Numbered from the stretch's first letter, positions 9,325 to 17,627 are shown. The stretch is 19,876 nt of DNA from a virus (IMGVR_UViG_2690316325_000023); one strand, 5' to 3'. Numbers and translations are program-made. Notes: generated from the sequence alone by a model not told the origin.

Positions 9325-9713
9325 GCCGGATAAACTCCGTGCGGTAACTGAAAATGCGGTCCGTCTTTCAGGGTCTTCCAGTCGCCGCCCCATTCCACCG
9401 GAATATTCAGTTCCCGGCTGGCCTGTCTGAATGCTGCTGCGATTTTTTCGTACAGCGGCCATTCCCATGACACCTGGCTGCCGACATAAGCCACAACATC
9501 CACGGCATGCCCCGTAAGGTGGCGGCTGTTCATGGTCTGGCTCTTACCCGTGGCCACAAGTTGCTTCTGGCGGTAACGGCTGCGCAACCCTTCGGTGATA
9601 CCAAAATCCACTTCCGAAATTTCCAGTGCCCGTCGGGTCACTTTCACCAGCTCAGGATTTACGCCCTGCAAATTCTTTTCGCTCCGGCTGCTGAATTTAA
9701 ATGTGTTGCTCAT
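9321..9713 (-). CDS. Endolysin, peptidase M15 family (L-alanyl-D-glutamate peptidase-like)
   Basis: 130 aa with the zinc-peptidase motif SRHLTGHAVD and a downstream EWGGDW...H segment; located between holin and spanins. Confidence 0.8.
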   Translation of the reverse strand: MSNTFKFSSRSEKNLQGVNPELVKVTRRALEISEVDFGITEGLRSRYRQKQLVATGKSQTMNSRHLTGHAVDVVAYVGSQVSWEWPLYEKIAAAFRQASRELNIPVEWGGDWKTLKDGPHFQLPHGVYPA

Positions 9714-10033
9714 TCGTCCTTCTCCTTCACCCTGCGATTAAAGGCCGCAATAACCTTGTCGCGTGCTTTCTCTGCCCCCATAAAACCGATTGATGCGCCG
9801 ATAAACGTCACGGCATCTTCAGGAAAACCGAAGAAGCGCAACGACCCGGCCACGGCCATGGCGAGAACGCCGCACGCCAGCGATCCCGTTACGGTCTGAA
9901 CCAGTGTTCGTCCGTCATAAAGACTCATCAGCGCGGAAATGCTGACCGCCGCGCCTGCTGCATACACCGTTGGCAGGTGGTCAAAGAGCCATGCAATAAC
10001 CTGCTCTGTGATCCCTGTTTGAATGGTGTTCAC
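9710..10033 (-). CDS. Holin (three predicted TM segments)
   Basis: Probable GTG start with GGGGGGAG Shine-Dalgarno 5 nt upstream, directly after the X stop. The 107-aa product has three hydrophobic stretches and a charged C-terminal tail (RRVKEKDE). The ORF track's 180-aa version overlaps X and is unlikely. Confidence 0.65.
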   Translation of the reverse strand: MNTIQTGITEQVIAWLFDHLPTVYAAGAAVSISALMSLYDGRTLVQTVTGSLACGVLAMAVAGSLRFFGFPEDAVTFIGASIGFMGAEKARDKVIAAFNRRVKEKDE

Positions 10034-10035
10034 TG

Positions 10036-10236
10036 CTACTCCCCCCACAACTGAATCATTTCTCGTTTCTTCTTCTCCGGCTCCGGCATCTCCACGTCCT
10101 GCCCGGCGTCCAGAAATACCTGCTGACAGAGTCCGGGGTTGGCATCCAGCACCTTTTCGGTGACGCCCTGCGTCGTGCCGTAGTACCGGAAACAGAGCGA
10201 ATCCACGGTGTCGCCTTCCAGTGCCTTCACTTTCAT
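10036..10236 (-). CDS. X: Tail protein X (P2 gpX-like)
   Basis: From the internal Met (MKVKALEGDTVDSLCFRYYG...) gives 66 aa resembling P2 X; ATG overlaps the L stop (TGATG). Confidence 0.8.
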   Translation of the reverse strand: MKVKALEGDTVDSLCFRYYGTTQGVTEKVLDANPGLCQQVFLDAGQDVEMPEPEKKKREMIQLWGE

Positions 10237-10739
10237 CAGCACAACTCCGCAAAGATTCGCGGGCGGCACAGAATGTCAGAGATGGCCCAGCTCACATCGC
10301 GCCACAAATCTGATGTCTGTATATCCAGTGCGTCCGCCCGGCGGTCGCCCTTGTCCGTTGTGTCCGCATCGCGGTAACGCTCCAGAATCAGGGCGCGTGT
10401 GGCGGTATAAACAGCATTGCGCCAGTGCCAGAGATTGACGCTTTCTCCGTTAATTACGGGTGCCGGAACATCGGCCAGCGTCTGATGGCCAGCCGCCTGC
10501 TGTTCCTGCTGCCATGCTTCCAGCTCGCGGGTAACGTGAGCCACCGCCCCGGTGGCGGTATGCAGCAGGCGGGAGGTGGTCACACGGCCCGGCAGTCGTA
10601 CCGCCAGACGCAGCTCACGCAGCACAATATCCGGCCAGAATGCGCCCGCTGAAATACGGGTATCACCATCATCGGTATCGGTGATGTCGTCCTCTGCGGG
10701 TCCGGGGTTGGTTCTGGCAACCATACTCATGGGGTTCAC
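10236..10739 (-). CDS. L: Head completion protein L (P2 gpL-like)
   Basis: 167 aa; position after the terminase small subunit M; size matches P2 L (169 aa). Confidence 0.85.
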   Translation of the reverse strand: MNPMSMVARTNPGPAEDDITDTDDGDTRISAGAFWPDIVLRELRLAVRLPGRVTTSRLLHTATGAVAHVTRELEAWQQEQQAAGHQTLADVPAPVINGESVNLWHWRNAVYTATRALILERYRDADTTDKGDRRADALDIQTSDLWRDVSWAISDILCRPRIFAELC

Positions 10740-10743
10740 TCCT

Positions 10744-10816
10744 GAAAAAAATCGGGCGGTGGGTGCGCGGTGTAAACGGTCACGGAGTCAAACCGGAACA
10801 CCGCGCACGCCGCCCG
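10744..10816 (-). terminator. Terminator/attenuator-like interrupted hairpin plus U7 tract between M and L
   Basis: Plus-strand tcgggcggtgggtgcgcggtg (about 10751-10771) pairs with caccgcgcacgccgcccg (about 10799-10816); on the minus strand the stem is followed by TTTTTTT (plus-strand A7 at about 10744-10750) and then the L Shine-Dalgarno AGGAG. Confidence 0.35.
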
Positions 10817-10832
10817 CTGACGGGGTCAGTCG

Positions 10833-11633
10833 TTAACCGCGCTTCGCCTTCTGCGTCGCGGTGGTTTTTCGTGTTGCAGGCTTCCGCGTTGTCTTTTTAC
10901 TTTTGCTGCTTTCGTCCTGCGCCTGCTGTGCGCTGGCGTCTTCTGGTGCGGCTGCGGAATCGGCTTTTTTCAGGGCGCGGGAAAGGGTTGCAATCTCGCG
11001 TTTCACACCTGCGTTCGGGTTCAGGTGCATTGCTTCGCGCAGCAGCTTCAGTGACAGTGCCATGCTGTCCGCATCGCTCAGGCCACGGCGGGCAAAGGCG
11101 CACGCCTTGCATAATTTGGCGCGCACTTCGTCCGGCATGTCCTGGTCGGTGACAATCTCCCGGAGGGTATCCAGTGGTTCGATAAAGGCGGACAAATCCG
11201 CGTCGGCATCCGTCCCGGCCTGCGTCAGTACCGGGTTGCAGATTTCTTCGGTCAGCACTGTGGCAGCAGTACGGCCAAAGTTATCCGGCATAATGAGGTT
11301 ATGACGGACCACATACGCACCAATACGCAACGCCAGCGGAAGATCGCCGCAGTCAATCGCCCACACCATCAGCGTGGCAATCACTTCATCCTGCTGCCCG
11401 CCGTCAGCCTCCAGCGTTCCCTCAATCCAGCCGGAAAAATCCGGCAACAACTCTTTTTTGATGGCGGCTTTCGCGCTTCTGGCCTGTACGCCCTTAAGCC
11501 GGGCCTGTGCCAGACGCAGACGATACAGCACCTCTTCATGCGCGGTACGCGCGGCGTGGTCCACGCCTTCATTCGCCCGGCCTGCGCGCTGTGCCATCAC
11601 GTTCTGCCAGTGTTGCTGTGCAGGAGTAATCAT
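10833..11633 (-). CDS. M: Terminase small (endonuclease) subunit M (P2 gpM-like)
   Basis: 266 aa, basic Lys/Arg-rich C-terminal tail; position between N and L. Confidence 0.88.
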   Translation of the reverse strand: MITPAQQHWQNVMAQRAGRANEGVDHAARTAHEEVLYRLRLAQARLKGVQARSAKAAIKKELLPDFSGWIEGTLEADGGQQDEVIATLMVWAIDCGDLPLALRIGAYVVRHNLIMPDNFGRTAATVLTEEICNPVLTQAGTDADADLSAFIEPLDTLREIVTDQDMPDEVRAKLCKACAFARRGLSDADSMALSLKLLREAMHLNPNAGVKREIATLSRALKKADSAAAPEDASAQQAQDESSKSKKTTRKPATRKTTATQKAKRG

Positions 11634-11678
11634 TGTTTCTCTCCGTTACAGGCGGGCATGATGCCCGCCGTGAGTTGA

Positions 11679-12731
11679 TTAGCTGTCGGCGAACTTCAGG
11701 CCAGTGACCATCGCGCACTTGCCATAGTCTTCAACGACATAAGCGTCATTGATGGACTGGTAGGTGGCGATGCGGTTGTATTCCGGCTCGTCTTTCATCA
11801 GGCGACGCATTGAACCTTTCTGCCAGTAAATCGACAGGTTGTTGAACGAGGTGATCAGCATCGTTGCATCCGGGAAGAACGGCGCAAGGAACACACCCAG
11901 CCCGCCAATGGTGCGCGATGACAGGATGAGCTGCCCGGCGAGTAATTCCGCATTGGGATTCTGGCCGCTGATGCTGTTCAGCACGGGCAGACGCAGCGAG
12001 TTAAACAGGTTGCGCCCCATAATCACCACGAGGTCGTCAGCTTCCTTGTGCCATTCATCCAGCAGGGATGAGCGTGCGTCCTGAACCAGTGCATCAGCAT
12101 TCGCATACTTACCCGCGTGCGCCACGGTGTTGTCCATGTTGCGGGAGGTCAGCGTCACGTCATTCATTACGCGCGCGCTGGCATTGGTTCTGATGTGCTC
12201 CAGCCACCCCACGTTAACGTCCTGAAGCAGCTTGTTGGTGCTGAAGTTGGATTTTTCCGCGTGTGACGTGCCGTTAAAGCCGATCATGATGCGGTCAAGC
12301 GCCACCTGTCGGGCAATCTGTGCGCTGATGCGGGTCTGGAAGTCATTGTGCGCCGCCCAGGCATCAAGCTGCGGATACGAAATAAACGTGTCGTAGTTCA
12401 CCTGCTCACACTGGTACTGACGGGACTTCAGGTCGACAGCGTTAATCGGGTTGCGGCGATCTGTGCCGTCATAACTGGTATTTGTGCGCGCAATCGGCCC
12501 GGTGGTGTCCATGAGGACTTTTTCGCCTTTCTGGTCGGTCACACCGATCACGTTAATTTTTTTTGTAAGTTCGGTGCTATCCTTTGAGGCGTTTTCAAAA
12601 CGCTGCTGCACCGCGGGTTCCACGGTAAATCGCGATACCAGTCCAGAAACCGGGATATTGTTAATCGACGCCTGTCGCGTCATGTAGCAGCCCAGCTTGT
12701 TACGGGCATTATCTGACATCACCAGATTCAT
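11679..12731 (-). CDS. N: Major capsid protein N (P2 gpN-like)
   Basis: 350 aa; motifs KFTVEP, ARVM, MLITSFNNLSIYW and YVVEDY align with what I recall of P2 gpN. Confidence 0.93.
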   Translation of the reverse strand: MNLVMSDNARNKLGCYMTRQASINNIPVSGLVSRFTVEPAVQQRFENASKDSTELTKKINVIGVTDQKGEKVLMDTTGPIARTNTSYDGTDRRNPINAVDLKSRQYQCEQVNYDTFISYPQLDAWAAHNDFQTRISAQIARQVALDRIMIGFNGTSHAEKSNFSTNKLLQDVNVGWLEHIRTNASARVMNDVTLTSRNMDNTVAHAGKYANADALVQDARSSLLDEWHKEADDLVVIMGRNLFNSLRLPVLNSISGQNPNAELLAGQLILSSRTIGGLGVFLAPFFPDATMLITSFNNLSIYWQKGSMRRLMKDEPEYNRIATYQSINDAYVVEDYGKCAMVTGLKFADS

Positions 12732-12754
12732 AAAAAATTTGCTCCTTTGTCTTA

Positions 12755-13624
12755 TCAGAAGTCAGCCAGCTGGTCGGAGGCTGCGCCCGTTGCGGTGAAC
12801 CGGTTCTGCGGATCGCCGTCCTGCGTGCGCAGTTTTTCCTTCAGTGCTGTCAGCTCTGTGGTCAGCGAAGTGATTTTCTGGCTGTCCTGCTGATGGTGGG
12901 TTTCCAGTGCATTAAAACGGTCGATAATGTCGGCCTGTGATGTTGCGACACCTTCCACCGCTTCCTGAATACGGGAGAAACTGGCGTCATCCGCTTTGCG
13001 GCCACGGCCAATAATCCCCATAACGCGGTTAAACCACTGGGTGCCTTCTTCCTGACGTTGTTCGGTGAGTTCGATAAGTTCTGACTCCATAGCGGCGGTA
13101 AACATCGCCACGTCTCCCTGCTGACAGTTGAATGTCATCAGTTGCATACGTTGTTGTGCCGCAAAGGCCAGACGTTCCGTGCCCAGGCTGGCGGGGGTGT
13201 CGGTCATTGCCAGCCCGCGCAGGTAAGGGCCTCCCGTGATGGTTGACTGTGGTTCCAGCTCAATACTGGAGTAAATTTTTTTACCATCGTTAAGCAGGGA
13301 CATCATGCGAGCGGTCGGCTCAATTTCGGCATACAGTGCCGTGCGGCCTGCCAGCGGGCCATCGGTTATGTCTTCGGTGCTCAACCCCACAACATCGCCC
13401 ATAGCGGAAAACTCGCTGCCGGGGAGTGGTGACAGGATGTGCTCAATATTCACACGTGCACCATAAACGGACGGGTTATAACTGGTGGCGGCAGCTTTCA
13501 GCATGTCGCCGTTGATTTCGCGCCCGTCTGCCGTCACACCGGAGACAGCCACGCGAAACTTTTTGCGGGATGTCTTTTTTTCATTAGTCATAGTTTTTGC
13601 CCCTCTGACTGGTTCTTCAGTCAT
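12755..13624 (-). CDS. O: Capsid scaffolding protein O (P2 gpO-like)
   Basis: 289 aa; first gene of the leftward late operon, divergent from P; AAGGAG Shine-Dalgarno of N directly downstream. Confidence 0.9.
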   Translation of the reverse strand: MTEEPVRGAKTMTNEKKTSRKKFRVAVSGVTADGREINGDMLKAAATSYNPSVYGARVNIEHILSPLPGSEFSAMGDVVGLSTEDITDGPLAGRTALYAEIEPTARMMSLLNDGKKIYSSIELEPQSTITGGPYLRGLAMTDTPASLGTERLAFAAQQRMQLMTFNCQQGDVAMFTAAMESELIELTEQRQEEGTQWFNRVMGIIGRGRKADDASFSRIQEAVEGVATSQADIIDRFNALETHHQQDSQKITSLTTELTALKEKLRTQDGDPQNRFTATGAASDQLADF

Positions 13625-13745
13625 GATGGCAAAGCGTAACAGGCTGATACAAAGGGCTTTTGTTGTAAGAAAACGGCCAGAACAGGGGGTTAAGGAGAAC
13701 GGTTTCGCGCGCGGGTAATCTTCCTGTAATTACTCAGGGGGAGCA
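13625..13745. promoter_or_regulatory. Divergent late-operon control region between O and P (expected activator-dependent late promoters)
   Basis: 121-bp intergenic region between divergent O and P, as in P2 where Ogr-dependent promoters sit here. Contains a TGTTGT...ACA partial dyad (about 13661-13684) and the GGGGGAG Shine-Dalgarno of P. No promoter mapped with certainty. Confidence 0.4.
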
Positions 13746-15497
13746 ATGATTCAGGACGCTTTTGTGCGCCAGCGTGCGCGGCAACTTTACTGGCAGGGTT
13801 ATCCGCCCGCAGAAATATCACGTCTGATGGGAATAAACCCGAACACGATTTATGCGTGGAAAAAACGCGACCAGTGGGATGAAACACCACCCGTGCAGCG
13901 TGTCACGCAGTCCATCGATGCGCGCCTCATCCAGCTTACTGAAAAACAGAATAAAACAGGTGGTGACTTCAAGGAAATAGACCTGCTGACCCGGCAGCTT
14001 AAAAAACTGCATGATGGCCAGCCGGATGCGACGGCCACAGGAAAGAAAAGCCGGGCGAAAAAACTCAAAAATCATTTCACGCCGGAACAGATTGCCGCAC
14101 TGCGGGAAAAAATCATCAGCAGGCTGGAGTGGCATCAGCGGGGCTGGTTTGACTCTCTGACCCTTTGCAGGGAAGCCGGGATACGTAACAGGATGATCCT
14201 GAAATCCCGACAGATTGGAGCGACATGGTATTTTGCACAGGAAGCACTGCTGATGGCGCTGCGTGACGATGTGGCGCAACCTTACCAGCGTAACCAGATT
14301 TTTTTGTCTGCGTCGCGTCGTCAGGCGTTCCAGTTTAAAAGCATTATTCAGAAGGCTGCATCTGAAGTTGATGTGGAGCTGAAAGGGGGCGATAAAATCA
14401 TCCTCTCCAACGGCGCAGAGCTGCATTTTCTTGGTACTTCTGCTGCGACGGCACAGTCCTACACGGGCAATTTTTATTTTGATGAATTTTTCTGGGTCAG
14501 TCGCTTTGCTGAACTGCGCAAGGTGGCTGGCGCTATGGCAACCCTCAGCGGACTGCGGCGCACCTACTTCTCCACGCCATCCACCGAAACGCACGAGGCA
14601 TACGCCTACTGGAACGGCGACCGCTGGAACGAGAAAAAGGCCACGCATAAACGCCAGCGTTTTTCTGTTGACTGGAAAACGCTGCATAACGGGCTTATCT
14701 GCCCTGACCGGACGTGGCGGCAAATTGTCACGCTGGAAGATGTGGTTAATCACGGCTGGAAACACACCGATATCGACGAAATTCGTGATGAAAACACCGA
14801 AGACGAGTTCCTCAATCTCTATATGTGTGAGTTTGTCCGCGAAGGGGAATCGGCATTTAACCTGAATATCCTGATTGGCTGCGGTGTTGACGGATACGAC
14901 GACTGGAAAGACTGGAAACCTTTTGCTCCCCGCCCGATGGGGAATCGTCCGGTATGGATTGGGTATGACGCAAACGGCAGCAGTGGCAACGGCGACAGCG
15001 GCGCTGTGTCCGTGGTGGTTCCTCCGGCTGTTCCTGGTGGCCGTTTTCGAACGGTGGAGACGCGACGCGTTCAGGGGCTGGAGTTTGAAGAACAGGCCAG
15101 AGTCATTGAAGAGTTCACGTGTCGCTACAACGTGGAACACATCGGCATTGATGTGACGGGCGGGAACGGGGAGGCTGTTTATCAGATAGTGAAGCGGTTT
15201 TTCCCTGCTGCTATTCCGTACACCTTCACGCTGTCATCCAAACGGTCGCTGGTACTGAAAATGCTGCAAATAATGCGTGCCGGACGGTGGGAATACGATC
15301 GCGCCGAACGCGAGCTGGTCGCGGCCTTTAACGCCGTGCGTAAGGTGAAAACACCGGGCGGCTTTATCACTTACGAAACGGACCGCGCGAGGGGGATCAG
15401 CCACGGCGACCTTGCGTGGGCAACCATGCTTGCTGTCATTAACGAACCAATTGGCGGCGAAGGAGAAAACGAGCGTTTCACGGTTATGGAGTTCTGA
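13746..15497 (+). CDS. P: Terminase large (ATPase) subunit P (P2 gpP-like)
   Basis: 583 aa; motifs LKSRQIGATWYFA, GAELHFLGTSA, TYFSTPST and DLAWA match the P2 terminase ATPase. Confidence 0.93.
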   Translation: MIQDAFVRQRARQLYWQGYPPAEISRLMGINPNTIYAWKKRDQWDETPPVQRVTQSIDARLIQLTEKQNKTGGDFKEIDLLTRQLKKLHDGQPDATATGKKSRAKKLKNHFTPEQIAALREKIISRLEWHQRGWFDSLTLCREAGIRNRMILKSRQIGATWYFAQEALLMALRDDVAQPYQRNQIFLSASRRQAFQFKSIIQKAASEVDVELKGGDKIILSNGAELHFLGTSAATAQSYTGNFYFDEFFWVSRFAELRKVAGAMATLSGLRRTYFSTPSTETHEAYAYWNGDRWNEKKATHKRQRFSVDWKTLHNGLICPDRTWRQIVTLEDVVNHGWKHTDIDEIRDENTEDEFLNLYMCEFVREGESAFNLNILIGCGVDGYDDWKDWKPFAPRPMGNRPVWIGYDANGSSGNGDSGAVSVVVPPAVPGGRFRTVETRRVQGLEFEEQARVIEEFTCRYNVEHIGIDVTGGNGEAVYQIVKRFFPAAIPYTFTLSSKRSLVLKMLQIMRAGRWEYDRAERELVAAFNAVRKVKTPGGFITYETDRARGISHGDLAWATMLAVINEPIGGEGENERFTVMEF

Positions 15498-16543
15498 TGA
15501 GCAGAAAAAATAAAAAAGTGCGCATGAGTTCACGCATTGATCTCGCTGATGCGCTCAGGAAAGAATCATCGCTCAGTGCATTCACATTTGATGGTCCTTA
15601 TCGCCTGACCGGGCATGACCTGCTGGACAATATGTACTGTGCTGATAACGGGCGGTGGTATGAAACCCCGGTGGACTGGTACGGTCTGGCAAGAGCCGCC
15701 CGGCAAACGTCCTGGCATCAGTCTGCGCTTTACTTTAAGCGCAATGTATTGCTCGGTTGCTACATCCCGCACCCGCTGCTTTCCCGGCAGGATTTCTCGG
15801 CGCTGGCGCTGGACTGGTTTGTGTTCGGTAACGCATTCCTTGAGCTTCGGAGTAATATGCTCGGCGAACCACTTAAATTACGGCACGCACTGGCGAAATA
15901 CGTGCGACGCGGAAGCGATCTTGAATCATGGTGGTATGTGCAGGATGGCAAGGACGCGTTTCAGTTTCGCCCTGGCAAAGTGTGCCACCTGATGAATCCG
16001 GACATTAACCAGGAAATTTACGGCATGCCGGAATATCTTGGCGCATTACTCTCGGCCAGCCTGTCTCATTCGGCGGACATGTTCAGAAAACTGTATTACG
16101 ACAACGGATCCCACGCCGGGTGCATCATCTACATCGGTGCAGCGCAGGTAAACCGCGAAAGCATGGACTCCCTGAAAGAAACGCTACAGGGGGCACGTGG
16201 TGGTGGTGCGTTTAAAAACGTGCTCATTCATGCGCCCAACGGGGGCAAAGAGGGGGTGCAAATTTTGCCGTTCCAGCAGATCACCGCAAAGGATGAGTTC
16301 ATGAATGTTAAGGCGGCATCCCGTGATGATGTGCTGGCTGCGCACCGCGTTCCGCCGCAACTGATGGGGGCGATGCCGGGCGAAAAAAGTGCGTTTGGTG
16401 ATGTGGAGAAGGCCGCGCGGGTTTACGCAATTAACGAGCTGATGCCCGTCATGGAGGCCATGAAGCACATCAATGACTGGCTTGGCGAAGAGGTGATCCG
16501 CTTTAACCCTTACGCACTGTTAGATACCCAGCCCACATCCTGA
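15497..16543 (+). CDS. Q: Portal protein Q (P2 gpQ-like)
   Basis: 348 aa (P2 Q is 344 aa); start overlaps the P stop; last gene before the probable cos region. Confidence 0.88.
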   Translation: MSRKNKKVRMSSRIDLADALRKESSLSAFTFDGPYRLTGHDLLDNMYCADNGRWYETPVDWYGLARAARQTSWHQSALYFKRNVLLGCYIPHPLLSRQDFSALALDWFVFGNAFLELRSNMLGEPLKLRHALAKYVRRGSDLESWWYVQDGKDAFQFRPGKVCHLMNPDINQEIYGMPEYLGALLSASLSHSADMFRKLYYDNGSHAGCIIYIGAAQVNRESMDSLKETLQGARGGGAFKNVLIHAPNGGKEGVQILPFQQITAKDEFMNVKAASRDDVLAAHRVPPQLMGAMPGEKSAFGDVEKAARVYAINELMPVMEAMKHINDWLGEEVIRFNPYALLDTQPTS

Positions 16544-16569
16544 CGCGCTTCGCTTGTCTGCTGCTTCGC

Positions 16570-16594
16570 CGGGGCATAAAAAATTTATGCCCCG
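16570..16594. terminator. Perfect 11-bp-stem hairpin (cggggcataaa-aaa-tttatgccccg) just downstream of Q
   Basis: Palindrome read directly, 26 nt after the Q stop. No clean U tract follows, so its role as a terminator is uncertain; it could belong to the cos/packaging region. Confidence 0.3.
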
Positions 16595-16993
16595 ACTCTC
16601 CAGCTCCTGTATCAGTCAGATAATTTCACGACGCTTTCCTGCTTATTGCCATCATCGACGGTCAGATTCTTACGCAATCCCACTGCGCTGACTGCATGTT
16701 CTCGCCGCCTCAGTGCGATTTTGACGGCCTTACCTTTCACCCCATCAAACCAGAATCCCTCACGTATTTTTCACGCTCAGCGTGAGAAATACGGCCATTC
16801 TGTTGTATCTCTGCGACATCGTTCAGGGAATGCTATTTACCCCCTGAAACGCGGGCTGTTCCCCCGTCACCTGCGCGCAGAAAAAACGCGTTTTTTTGTG
16901 CACGTACGGATCCTTGACGGATCCAGCCACCACGCGGGCCGGAAGTACAAAAAGTCGTTCAAAAAAATTGTGCAAACTTGTGCACTATCGTGC

Positions 16994-17020
16994 AAACAAA
17001 AAAAGCGCCTTATCGGCGCT
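16994..17020 (-). terminator. Rho-independent terminator of the 89-aa gene
   Basis: Minus-strand hairpin AAGCGCC-GAUAA-GGCGCUU followed by a U7 tract (plus-strand aaaaaaa at about 16995-17001), about 10 nt after the ORF stop. Confidence 0.55.
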
Positions 17021-17029
17021 TCAAAAGTA

Positions 17030-17299
17030 TCAATTGTTGCTGTGTATTAATCGCCAACCACGAACATATGCTTCATAGGCATCTCTGTGCCTTACAGTTC
17101 CAGCCTGGCTAAACGGAATGTTAGCTAAAACTAAATCATTCTGAGCCATAGCGCGTCCTTCAAGCGCATCTTTTATGCCTAGCTCAAAAGCACAGGCAGC
17201 GCATTTGTGCCGACCTTCTTGTCCTTGATATTCAGGGAGAGACAGAAATGTTGGATTATAACGATGAGGGTTCTTGCAAATACCTGTTTTAGCCCGCAC
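17030..17299 (-). CDS. Hypothetical 89-aa protein, unknown function
   Basis: GTG start with GAGG Shine-Dalgarno 8 nt upstream and a strong terminator downstream. Preceded by a structured leader. No family recognised by eye. Confidence 0.45.
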   Translation of the reverse strand: MRAKTGICKNPHRYNPTFLSLPEYQGQEGRHKCAACAFELGIKDALEGRAMAQNDLVLANIPFSQAGTVRHRDAYEAYVRGWRLIHSNN

Positions 17300-17429
17300 T
17301 TTATTTACCTCATAGGAAAAATATGCGTGCCTTTACAGAGGTGCGTGTAAGCAATAAAATATACGACGCACATTTTGATTTACTTCGGAAGGCACGCATA
17401 TCAGGTTAAGTGAGTCCGACCGAGTTTTA

Positions 17430-17461
17430 CGCCCCAATAGTTGCTGCTATTGGGGCGTTTT
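17430..17461 (+). terminator. Plus-strand intrinsic terminator (11-bp GC-rich stem plus UUUU)
   Basis: cgccccaatag-ttgctg-ctattggggcg followed by tttt on the plus strand. On the minus strand the same hairpin is not followed by Us, so it is directional. Confidence 0.5.
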
Positions 17462-17507
17462 GCATGGACAATGCCGCGCAATTATCTTGTCGCTCACAAT
17501 GCGAACG

Positions 17508-17535
17508 ATCTTACAAAAAGGCACATTACTGTCAA
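17508..17535 (-). promoter_or_regulatory. Candidate sigma-70 promoter (TTGACA-16-TAAGAT) reading leftwards, with GATC overlapping the -10
   Basis: Minus-strand TTGACA (plus 17530-17535), 16-bp spacer, TAAGAT (plus 17508-17513). A Dam site overlaps the -10 hexamer and three more GATC lie within about 80 bp. Confidence 0.35.
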
Positions 17536-17627
17536 GATAATTGATCGTTTTAATCGATAGATAATAGACAATCTATTTGTTTAACAGATCGATTATTGAA
17601 GTAAGTGTGCCAAATGGAATGATACTG

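Noticed and set aside
8917-9468. 183-aa version of the Rz-like ORF
   Set aside because: The first 48 codons overlap the endolysin gene; the internal Met at 9324 gives the standard stop/start overlap and an N-terminal TM helix as expected for an i-spanin.
9710-10252. 180-aa version of the holin ORF
   Set aside because: The upstream 70 codons overlap gene X in another frame and are Arg/Gly-rich; a GTG with a strong Shine-Dalgarno at about 10033 gives a typical 107-aa three-TM holin.
13818-15140. 440-aa ORF on the minus strand, antisense to the terminase large-subunit gene P
   Set aside because: Fully embedded antisense to a confidently identified gene; the translation is Arg/Pro-rich and low complexity, typical of a spurious frame in GC-rich coding DNA.
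16646-17050. 134-aa plus-strand ORF in the region after Q
   Set aside because: Arg-rich low-complexity translation, no ribosome-binding site, and it spans several palindromes; more consistent with a non-coding cos/packaging region.
17323-17409. 28-codon plus-strand ORF (MRAFTEVRVSNKIYDAHFDLLRKARISG) with an AGGA upstream
   Set aside because: Not rejected as an RNA element, but as a protein: it is created by the palindromic arms that also give the minus-strand small ORF, is not hydrophobic like type I toxins, and is better explained as part of a structured or antisense RNA.
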